Of a DNA stretch of 64,000 nt, positions 1 to 11,200 are shown piece by piece (the first letter of the stretch is position 1; the number at the start of each line of letters is the position of its first letter). Under the pieces are notes generated by a model that did no database searches, was not told the DNA's origin, and saw only the letters and a list, made by a program, of their open reading frames with translations. The translations under genes and the position numbers were made by a program. This stretch comes from Anaeramoeba ignava BMAN (taxonomy: Eukaryota; Protista; Anaeramoebae), in contig JAPDFW010000022.1 of NCBI GenBank assembly GCA_028826165.1, forward strand, positions 378,757 through 442,756. Reading direction: 5' to 3'.

Positions 1-1115
1 TTGGAGCTCATTTTAATATTGGAATAATTGAAGAAAATAAAAATTCCTTAATTTATCAATCTCAACAAAACCCAAATTTACTTAAATATTTACAATTACT
101 AATTCAACTCAAATTTAATATTCCAAATTTATCAACAAATAACTCTTCAACTTCACTGAAAATATTATTCAAACCTTTGATCAATTTTATTGATCATTTC
201 TCCTCTAAATTTTTCAATTCAATTGACGAGAATAATATTATAAATCAGAAAGTAAAATATCCATCATCTTTATTCTCTTTACTGTTATTTTCTCCTTTGA
301 ACTTTTTATCAGGGTTTTTCAGTGGATTTTATCATTCAAATCAAAACCAAAAATTTGAAATTGAAAGAAATGAAATTGAAAATGAATCTTTTGATTTTTC
401 TGAAATGCTTCAAATCGTTCTCACTCGTTTTAATATTTTATCTCAAATTGAAACAAATTCTCAATTTTCACACAAAAATTATTTTGTTTTGAAAATGATT
501 GGAAAAAATTCAATAAGATTTTTGGAAATGATCAAATTAAATCATTTTGTAGATAATGATTTTGAATATACAAATTATATAAATGATTTGATTGATTCCA
601 AAATAGAAGCAATTTCTAAACAAAACTTACAAAAAGAAATTGAAATTTACAATCAAATACCATTCAATAATGAATCAGAAATTGCACCTTCATTTTATCT
701 CAAATCAAATAAAAAAGAAACCAATTCTTTTGGTTCCTCATTAGAATCAATCCATTCAACAAATGAAATAAAATCTAAATTGATTGAAATGGAAAAAGAA
801 TTGGAACAAATTTCACAAGTATCAAAAAATATTTCGAATCGTTTAGAAAATATAAAGAAAAATGAAGATGCAATTAAAAACAAAAATAAAAACAAAAATT
901 GGGAAATTGATGAAATTGAAAAAGAATGCAAACAAACGGAAGAATATTTGATTGAAAAAATCAGAGAATTGAAGCAAGCATTAAAGGCAGATGTTTTTTA
1001 TGATCTGATAACAGATATACAAGAAGTATCACTTGGAGATGGAGAATATGTTTATGATTTTAGTGTAGAAAGCAACGAAACATTCATGTTATTTAATACA
1101 ATATTTGTTCACAAT
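1..1115 (+). mobile_element. Intein (C-terminal part) in exportin-1, with a degenerate LAGLIDADG homing-endonuclease region
   Basis: Frame is open from position 3. Block F/G VYDFSVESNETFMLFNTIFVHN ends His-Asn at 1110-1115, with +1 Ser (TCT 1116-1118) exactly where CRM1 homology resumes. Decayed LAGLIDADG-like helices GAHFNIG and FLSGFFSG, plus block-H-like LQIVLTRFNILSQI. Confidence 0.92.
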
Positions 1116-2884
1116 TCTTGTGATACTTTTTTAAAAATTGCAACAAAATGCAAAAAACAATTTGCACTCAAACAAGATCCAGATTCTGTTCCATATATTT
1201 TTGAAATCATATCACAACTCAATTCAATAACATCGGATCTTGAGAATCAACAAGTTCTTATATTTTATGAAGCATTAGGAATAATTATTTCTGCTACAAA
1301 AGTAAAAGATCGAGAAAAACTTGTTGAAAAATTAATGAATCATCACAATACTTCTTGGTCACAATTACTTTCATTATCAAAAAGTGATGAAAACTCGCTG
1401 AACAACATTCAGATATGCAAAGATTTGGTTTACATTTTGAGAGCTAATGTGCGAATTGCATCCACAGTTGCAGATTTTTTTATCCAACAGTTCAATTTCA
1501 TTTATGAAGACGCATTGTTTCTTTATAAAACGTTTTCTGTTTTGATCAAGAAAATAATATCATCAGAAGGAACTCAAATTGTGAAAAGTAGCCAAATAAG
1601 AAACATGAAGGCTGTTAAAAAAGAAATTATCATTTTGATTCAAACTTTTTTCCAAAAATATAAAGATCCTCAACCTTTAATGGAAGAATATTTTCCTCAA
1701 TTATTTGAAGTTATTTTTGATGATTATAAGAACAATTTTCCTGAAGCAAGAATTCCAGAGGTTTTATATTTTTTGTCTATTGTTGTTTTGAAACTCCAAA
1801 CTCAAATATCAAGTTATATTCCTTCCATTTTTGAATCAACATTTGAATGCACATTAGAAATGATTTCATCAAATTTTGAAGATTTTCCTGATTTTAGATT
1901 TAATTTTTATAAGTTACTTGAATCAATTAATAAGTTTTCTTTTGATTCTTTATTCATGTTGACTTCACAAAATTTTAAGGTTATTGTTGATAGTATTATT
2001 TGGGCTTTTAAACATACAGAAAGAAATATATCCGAAACTGGATTATCTATTTTATTAGATTTATTTCGTAATGTTTTATTACGTGATGAAATTTTGAATG
2101 ATTTTTTCCAAACATTTTATCTATCACTTCTTCAAGAAATATTTATTATTTTAACCGATAGTTTTCATAAAACAGGTAAATAATTTTAATTTTAATTTTT
2201 ATCCGATTTTTAATAATAATTTTAATTTTTAATTTTAATTTTAATTTTAATTTTAATTTTTTAAATGAATTTTAATTTTAATTTTAATTTTTTATCCGAT
2301 TTTTAATTTTAATTTTAATTTTAAATTTAATTTTAATTTTTTAATTTTAATTTTAATAATTTTAATTTTAATTTTAATTTTAATTTTAATTTTAATTTTA
2401 ATTTTAATTTTAATTTTAAATAGGATTTTAAATTTTAATTTAGCACAATTTTTTTCAATCAATGATCAAATTTTGAATTTTAATTTTAATTTTAATTTTA
2501 TTTGATATTTTAATTTTAATTTTAAAATCAATTTTAATTTTAATTTTATTAGAAATGATTTCAACAATGTTTCCAAATTTAAATCAATCACAAATAGAAA
2601 TTTTTATAACTGGAATGTTTGAGTTTCATAAAGATTTACAAAACTTTAAAAATCATTTAAGAGATTTTTTAATTCAAACAAAAGAATTTACAGGTCAAGA
2701 TAATACTGATTTATTTGAAGAAGAAAAACAACTTCAAAAACAACAAGATTTCGAAAGAAGAAAACAAATTCCTGGTTTAATTAATCCTTATGAACAAAAT
2801 GATGATGAAGATAATGAAGATGATATGAATAATGATAATATTATTACTAATCAAGATGATTCATTTAATATGAATCAAAATTGA
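1..2884 (+). CDS. XPO1: Exportin-1 (CRM1), 3' part; gene starts upstream of the window and is interrupted by an intein. Exon 1-2175, intron 2176-2423, corrupted exon segment 2424-2554, clean frame 2555-2884
   Basis: After the intein the frame reads SCDTFLKIATKCKKQF, ARIPEVL, FECTLEMISSNFEDFPDFRFNFYKLL, DSIIWAFKHTERNISETGL, FKNHLRDFLIQTKEF and IPGLINP, all CRM1 motifs. Donor AG|GTAAAT at 2175/2176. Confidence 0.95.
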
Positions 2885-2937
2885 ACAAAAATTTTTTTTT
2901 CATTTTTTTCATTTTTTTCTTTTCATTTTTTTTCTTA

Positions 2938-4314
2938 ATGAGAATCTTAAATATTCAATTTCTTTTCTTTGTTTTTCTTTTTCTTTTTCTTTTAAATAAA
3001 TCAAAAAGTCAAACAAATTCTTTTTTCAAAGAAGTTTCAAATTTTAATACAATTCGAGACAATTCAGAATTCACAAAAAAACAAATCAAGGGTTTTTAAT
3101 ATTAATTTAAATATTAATTTTGTATTAATTTAAATTTTAATTTAATTTATTTTATGAATTTTAATAATTTAAAATTTTTAATTTTTTTTTGATTTTGATT
3201 TTAAATAAATCAAAAAGTTTTTATTTTTTTTTTGTTTTTAATACAATTAATTTTCAAGGGTTTTTAATTTTAATTTTTTAATTTTTAATTTTTTTATAAA
3301 TGAATTTTTAATTTAAATTTTAAATTTTAATTTTAATTTAATATTAATTTAATAATTTTAATTTAATTTTAATATTAATATTAATTTTGATTTTAATTTT
3401 AATTTTAATTTTAATTTTTATTTTTAAATTTTATAAATAGATCTCTTTTTAAAAAATTTTTTGATGAAAAAGATGAAACAACAAAATTCATTTCAGAAAG
3501 TTCAAAAGTAGATTTTATTGCTGAAAAAAATCAATTATCAATCATTTTCAAAAAAATTATAAAAGCAACAGATTTAGAAAAATATTTTGAATATTCAACC
3601 AAATTTTCAATGAAATTTATTGATTCAAATGAAAAAGTTAAAATGATTCCAAAAATATTAAAAAATTCAAAAGAAGAAATTATGAAAATTAAAGAAGGAA
3701 AATACTCATCAATTTTATATCAAAATTTATGGCCTGGAATACATTTAAAACTAAGAAAAACATTAACAAGTATTAAATTTATATATTATCTTGATCCAGG
3801 TTCAAATCCATTTGATATTATGGTAAAATATGAAGGAGTTCAAACTATAAAACTTGAAAAAGGAGAAATTAACATATATACAGATTCAGGAATATTAAAA
3901 GAATCTCATCCTGTTTCTTGGCAATTGATTCCAAAAGATGAAAATTTAAATCAAAATTTAGATGAAAATTTAAATCAAAATTTAAATCAAAATTTAAATC
4001 AAAATTTAAATCAAAATTTAAATGAAAATTTAAATCAAAATTTAAATCATTCACTTATAAATCAATCAATTGCAAATCATTCAATTGAGAATTATAAAAA
4101 TAAGAATAAAAATAAAATTATTTATAAGAAACGTTATATTCCTATTGAATATAAAGATCGTGATGATAATTCAATTGGTTATCAAATTCTTGATAAAAAA
4201 CAAAAATTTTCATGGGAAAATTCTAAAAAAAATGAAGAAAAAAAAAGGAAATATTTTGATTATGATCCTTCTTTAAGAACAATTATTGATCCACTTTTGA
4301 TTTTTGAACAATAA
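2938..4314 (+). CDS. Secreted protein with a DUF7948-like domain (N-terminal domain of prokaryotic SBBP beta-propeller surface proteins); probably 2 exons (~2938-3091, ~3441-4314)
   Basis: Hydrophobic signal peptide MRILNIQFLFFVFLFLFLL; motifs YQNLWPGIHL, YYLDPGSNPFDIMVKYEG, GILKESHPVSWQ, YDPSLRTIIDPLL. Donor and acceptor phases disagree by 1 nt. Confidence 0.65.
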
Positions 4315-4407
4315 AAAAAAAATCAAATTAAAAAAATATTTTTTTCATTTTTTTCATTTTTTTCATTTTTTTCATTTTTTTTATTTTAATTAGAAAAATT
4401 TAAATCA

Positions 4408-7400
4408 ATGCAAAATTCATTCACAGAATTACCAGCTCTTCATAAATCAATTAAATATTGTGATCATTTAGTTTCAGAATATCTTCTTTTTAGAGGATTT
4501 AAGAATGCAATTCAATGTTTAGAAAATGATAAAAACAACACAAAAACACATGAATTTAAAGTAAAGAAACTTGTTGATGAAATGTTTTGTCTCATTTCTG
4601 ATTATGAAGCTAAGGCTCTTTCTCGTTTATGGGATTATTTTGACAAAATTTTTTTTAAACATCTTGATAATAAAATTTCAGTTATGACAATTAAAATTAT
4701 TAATTCCTTAAAGAAATACTATATCGTTAATTGTATCTCTCATCAAAAGTTTGATAAAGTTAAAGAGTTCTTTGAAATATTTGCAGATACAATGACAAAA
4801 ACTCCTGAAATGTTGCCTTGGTTTTGTATGTTATTTAATTTTTTTTAATTTTTTTTTTAATTTTTTTTTTTAATTTTTATTTTTATTTATTTAGCAATTT
4901 TATATATTGAAAATCCAGAAAAAGATCCAAGATTTTCTGCTTATTTCTCTTTGAAATGGGTTGAAACTTTAAAAGAATCTACTTCTAATTTCTTTAATTC
5001 ATTATTTGAAAACATTCGTAAATTTAATTTTAATTTTAATTTTAATTATAATTTTAATTTTAATTTTATAAATGAATTTTAATTATAATTTTAATTATAA
5101 TTTTAATTTTAATTTTATAAATGAATTTTAATATTAATTTTAATTTTAATTTTAATTTTAATTTTATAAATGAATTTTAATTTTAATTTTAATTTTAATT
5201 TTAATTTTAATTTTAATTTTAATTTTAATTTTAATTTTAATTATAATTTTAATTTTAATTTTAATTTTAATTTTATAAATGAATTTTAATTTTAATTTTA
5301 AAATATTTTAGCACGACCAAGATTATTAAATTTTTATTCTGAATATATGGAAAAACAAGCACTTGAAAATCTTATAATGACATTTGAACAAAAAAACGAA
5401 GCAACACGAAATCAAATATCATTTCTCGAACAAGAAATACATAATTTGAAAGAAAAAGCAGAATCACTTCGAATTTCAAATCAACCAATTAAAACAACAG
5501 AAAATATTATTGAAAAAAAATCACAAGAAATAAAAATTATTGAACAAACTAAAGAAATTGAAATTTCTCAAGAAAAAGAAATTCCCAAATCAAATGATAC
5601 TTTTGATATTATTGAACGTATTGAATATATTCATTCAGGAAGTATTTTATCTTGTAGAATCTCTGAAAATACTCAACATTTCGCAAGTGGTTCTTCAGAT
5701 GGAACTGTTAAAATTTGGAAAAATAAATCAAAAACAAGAAAATTTAAAGTGGATTCACCAGTTAGATCTCTTGAATGGTCTCAAAATGGGAATTTCGTAT
5801 GAAAATATATATATAATTAATTTTAATTTTAATTTTAATTTTAATTTTAATTTTAATTTTAATTTTAATTTTTAATTTTAATTTTAATTTTAATTTTAAT
5901 TTTAATTTTAATTTTAATATTTATTTTGATTTTAATTTTTAATTTAAATTTTAATTTATTTTAATTTTAATATTAATTTTTTAATATTGATTTTAATTTT
6001 ATAAATTAATTTTAATTTTAATTTTAATTCTAATTTTAATTTTAATTTTAATTACTAATAATTTTAATTTTAATTTTAATTTAATTTTAATTTTAATTTA
6101 ATTTTAATTTTAATTTTAATTTTAATTTTAATTTTTAATTTTAATTTTAAATTTTGATTTTTATTTTAATTTTAATTTTAATTTTAATTTTATTTTTAAT
6201 TTTAATTTTAATTTTAATTTTAATATTAAATTTTAATATTAATTTTAAACAAATTTTGATATTAATATTAGTTTTAATTTTAATTTTAATATTTAATTTT
6301 AATATTTATTTTAATATTTAATTTTAATTTTAATTTTAATTTTAATTTTAATTTTGATTTTAATTTTAATTTTAATTTTAATTTTAATATTTAATTTTAA
6401 TATTAATTTTATTTTAAATTTTAATATTTATAAAATAGTTATTTTGTGGAACAAGTAATCATAAAATTCAAGTTTGGAATAGAGAAAAAAATTCGATTCT
6501 TTTTTCATTTGATAAACTTCCTTTTCCAAAAGTTTCTGCAATGCGTATTCATCCTTCTCAACAAATTGTTTTTGCATCAACATTATCAAATACAAACAAA
6601 TCTGGATCACTTGATTCAATTATTTTGAAAGATGGAACAAAAGTATAATTATTTTTAAAAAAGCAAAAAAAGTGGAACAAAAAAAAATATTTATTCCTCT
6701 TTTTTTTTTTAACAAAAAATAAATTTGTTTATTTAGAAAAATTTTGTAATTCAAGCTGAAAATACTGGAATAAATTCTTTTGATTTAAATCATAATGGAT
6801 CTTTAATTGTTACTGGTGGTTATGATGGTGTTATTCGTGTATTTGATATGAATCAAAAAGAAATAATGGAATGGAAAGCTCATCAAAAAGAGATTACTTC
6901 TGTTAAAATTACATTAGATGAAACAGGTGTTTTAAGTGTTGGAGTTGATGGAAAGGTTTTTAATATTTTTAATTTGAAAAAATATTTAATTTAGAAATAT
7001 TTAATTTAGAAATATTTTATTTAAAAATATTTAATTTAGAAATATTTAATTTAGAAATATATTTAATTTAAAATATATTTAGTTTAGAAACATTTAATTT
7101 GGAAATATTTAATTTAAAAATATTTAATTTAAAAATATTTAATTTAAAAATATTTAATTTAGAAATATTTAATTTAAAAATATTTAATTTAAAAATATTT
7201 AATTTAAAAATATTTAATTTAAAAATATTTAATTTAGAAATATTTAATTTGGAAATATTTAATTTAAAAATATATTTAATTTAAAAATATTTAATTTAAA
7301 AATATTTAATTTAAAAAAATATTTAATTTAGAAATATTTAATTTGAAAATATTTAATTTGAAAATATATTTAATTTAAAATATATTTAATTTAAAAATAT

Positions 7401-7947
7401 TTAATTTGAAAATATTTAATTTAAAAATATTTAATTTAAAAATATTTAATTTAAAAATATTTAATTTAAAAATATTTAATTTAAAATGAAAATATTTAAT
7501 TTAGAAATATTTAATTTAGGAATATTTAATTTAGAAATATTTAATTTAGAAATATATTTAATTTGAAAATATTTAATTTAAAAATATATTTAATTTAGAA
7601 ATATTTAATTTGAAAATATTTAATTTAAAAAATAAAAGATGTTTCTTTGGAGTTTAATTAATCAAAAGCAATATTTACAAGAATTCCAACTTCCTAATTT
7701 AGATTTCGATCAATTATCAAAAAAACCATCAATAGAAATTGCAACAGAAAATAATTTCTTTTTAAATTTGGAATCTGAAGAAATTCAAATTTATAATATT
7801 AATAAATCTCAACCAACTCAAATATTAACTTACCCTTATACAATTTCTTGTATGGATTTAAGTTTAGTTAATCGATTTGCAATTTTTGGAACTGATAAAG
7901 GAAAAACAATTTTAAATAATTTCTCAATTAATTCAAAAGAAAAATAA
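4408..7947 (+). CDS. WDR91: WD repeat protein 91; exons 4408-4825, 4895-5017, 5312-5796, 6439-6642, 6737-6955, 7639-7947
   Basis: N-terminal LVSEYLLFRGF, KKYYIVNCI, WF..LYIENPEKDPRFSAYFS..W; coiled coil; WD40 repeats (FASGSSDGTVKIW, NHNGSLIVTGGYDGVIRVFDM). All GT-AG junctions keep phase. Confidence 0.88.
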
Positions 7948-8299
7948 GATTTTTAATTAATTAATTAATTAATTTTTTTCTTTCAATTTTTCTTTTTTAA
8001 ATTTTCTTTTTTGAAATAAAAATTTAAATTGAAAGAAAAGAAAAAAGAAAAAAAAAAGAAATTTTTTTGTTCCACTTTTTTTTTTTTTGCTTTTTTGTTT
8101 TTTAAAAACAAAATTTGATTAAGAAAGAAAAAAAAAAAGAAAAGAAAAGAAATAAAGAATTTGAAAGACAAAAAAGAATGAAAATCTTCATTTTTAAAAA
8201 AAAAGAAATGAAGTTATTTTTTTGAATAAAAAGATATTTTGTTTTTGAAAAATAATTTGAGGAAAAATTTGTGAAAAAAAATTTTTTTTTTTTGGGAAT

Positions 8300-11200
8300 T
8301 TAAAACCAAATAATATCCCAAATAGGTGAATTTTCTGAAGGAAAAAGCCAAAGATCAGGAGAAGTTTCAATTCTTTTGAGATTTGTTTCTGAATCTGTTA
8401 AGAAATTATTCTTTCCTTTCTTTTCTACTCTTCTATTTAAAACATAATCTCCAGTTGGTTGATAATTTAAAACTAAATGATCAGGAAATGGTAATTCCAT
8501 AGTGACTTCTTTTTCGAAATCGATTTTATCATCTTTAAATTCTGCAAATAATTTATTATCATTTTCAAATACAATCATACTTTTGTTTTGTTTCTATTTT
8601 TATAATTTGATTTAAATATTTAATTTAAATAATTTAATTTGAATAATTTAATTTGAATATTTTAATTTGAATAATTTGATTTAAATAATTTAAATTAAAT
8701 AATTTGATTTGAATAATTTATTTTGAATAATTTAATTTAAATAATTTGATTTAAATATTTAATTTGAATAATATAATTTAAATAATTTATTTTGAATAAT
8801 TTGAATATTTTAATTTAAAATAATTTAATTTAAATATTTTGATTTAAATATTTTGATTTAAATAATTTAATTTATATAATTTGATTTTATATAATTTTAT
8901 TTTTGAATAATTTAATTTAAATATTTTGATTTAAAAATAATTTTATTTTTGAATAATTTGATTTAAATAATTTGATTTGAATAATTTGATTTAAATAATT
9001 TAATTTAAATATTTTGATTTAAATAATTTAATTTAAATAATTTAATTTAAAATAATTTAATTTAAATAATTTAATTTGAATAATTTAATTTAAATAATTT
9101 AATTTGAATAATTTAATTTAAATAATTTAATTTAAATAATTTGATTTGAAATAATTTGATTTGAATAATTTGATTTAAATAATTTAATTTGAATATTTAA
9201 TTTGAATAATTTGATTTGAATATACTTTTCCCAAACTCATTTCTCCACTATAACGATAAAAATCAAATTTATTTTGTTGAATTCTTCCATGTGGTTTTCC
9301 TTGCTTAAAATGACCAACAATTTTTTCAACAATTTCTGGTTCAGAATCATCTTCAGAAGGTTCATTTTTATAACAAATAAATTCACCTTTTCCTTCCGGA
9401 ATATCATTAACCCATTGACCTGTATATTTTATTTTTCCATTATAAAGAGTTCCATTTCCATGTCTTAAATTTTGATTCCAATCACCCTCATATTTCTTTT
9501 TATTATTCCAAATCATTGTTCCATTTCCTTGTTTCATACCTTTTTCCCAATTACCAGTATAAGTTCCTTCTTTTGTAACAAAAGTACCTATTCCATGTTG
9601 CTTTTATTTAAATTAATATTTAAATTAATATTTAAATTAATATTTAAATTTAATATTTAAATTAATATTTAAATTAATATTTAAATTAATATTTAAATTA
9701 ATATTTAAATTAATATTTAAATTAATATTTAAATTAATATTTAAATTAATATTTAAATGAATATTTAAAATGAATATTTAAATTAATATTTAAATTGATA
9801 TTTAAATTAATATTTAAATGAATATTTAAAATGAATATTTAAATTAATATTTAAATTGATATTTAAATTGATATTTAAATTGAATATTTAAATTATTATT
9901 TAAATTGAATATTTAAATTAATATTTAAATTAATATTTAAATGAATATTTAAAATATTTAAATTAATATTTAAATTGAATATTTAAATTAATATTTAAAA
10001 TATTTAAATTAAATATTTAAATGAATATTTAAAAATTCACCAAATTATCTTTCCATTCTCCTTCATAAATATCTCCATTTTGATAAACTTGTTTTCCTTG
10101 ACCTTGCCTGAAATTTTTAAACCAATCTCCTTGATAAAAACTATGAGAGACAACAAATTTACCAGCACCATGATGCATATTTTCAACAAAATGACCTTCA
10201 TAAAAAGAACCATCAGTAAAAGTTAACTTTCCATTTCCATTAAATTTATTCTCCTTGAAATCGCCTTTATAAACAGCACCATTTGAGAAAAAATACTCAC
10301 CAAAACCTTCTTTTTTCCCATCAACCATAATACCATCAAAACGAACAAAATTGTTGCATTTAAAAACAAAATTTCCATTAGGAAGATCATTAACCCAAGT
10401 GCCAGTTAATGATTCGCCAGTTGAATAAGTGAGAGTTCCAGTTCCCGATTTTTTGCCTTCATCAAAAAAACCCTTAAAAGATGATCCGTTTGGATATTTA
10501 AGCTCACCCTCGCCATGAATCATTGCGCATTTGAATTTTCCAGTGTATTTTGTTTTGTCATGAAAAACATAAGTTAAAAAACGGTAATTTTCATCGATGA
10601 TTTTGCAGTTATCAAGTTTGGCGATACTTGATTCCAAACAGCGCTTGAAATCATGAATGAAGTCAGCTTTCTTCGCATATTGCAAAGTGATTTCTTTTTC
10701 GGGAGACTTGATTTTAAACATATCTTTAGTTGAAAAAAATTCGTTTGATTTTGTCTTCTCATTTTCTTCAACGGTTTCAGAAATCCAAGTTGCGGCTAAT
10801 GGAGCAAGATATTCCAAAGAAAACTGTTGAGAATCCTTGAAGCAAAAACACCAAGAAATATGGTCTTGAAAGAGAAAAAGATGCACGATTTTGCCGTTTA
10901 GTTCGGGGTTTGATGGATAAACAACCGCTTTACCGATATCCATTCTGACAAGCTCCATATCGTTGAAAATATTGATTGTGCGCAAGTCTAATGTTGCATT
11001 GATTACTTTTGCTTGCTGGATTTCGTGCCCTAATTTCTTCAATTTTGACTGGACTTCAATCAGGTTGATATAATCAGGATGATTTTCCAAAGTGAAATGA
11101 AGAAAATGGCGAATAAAATAATCGTAATCACTTAGTTTTGTTGATGGTGAACGCAGAATTTTCTCGATTTGATCCAATTTTTTTGTTCCGGATTTCTTTA

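Noticed and set aside
2200-2305. TCCGATTTTT twice in the CRM1 intron, complementary to AAAATCGGA twice in Rab intron 4 (52245-52272)
   Set aside because: Too short and A/T-rich to support pairing or trans-splicing between unrelated genes.
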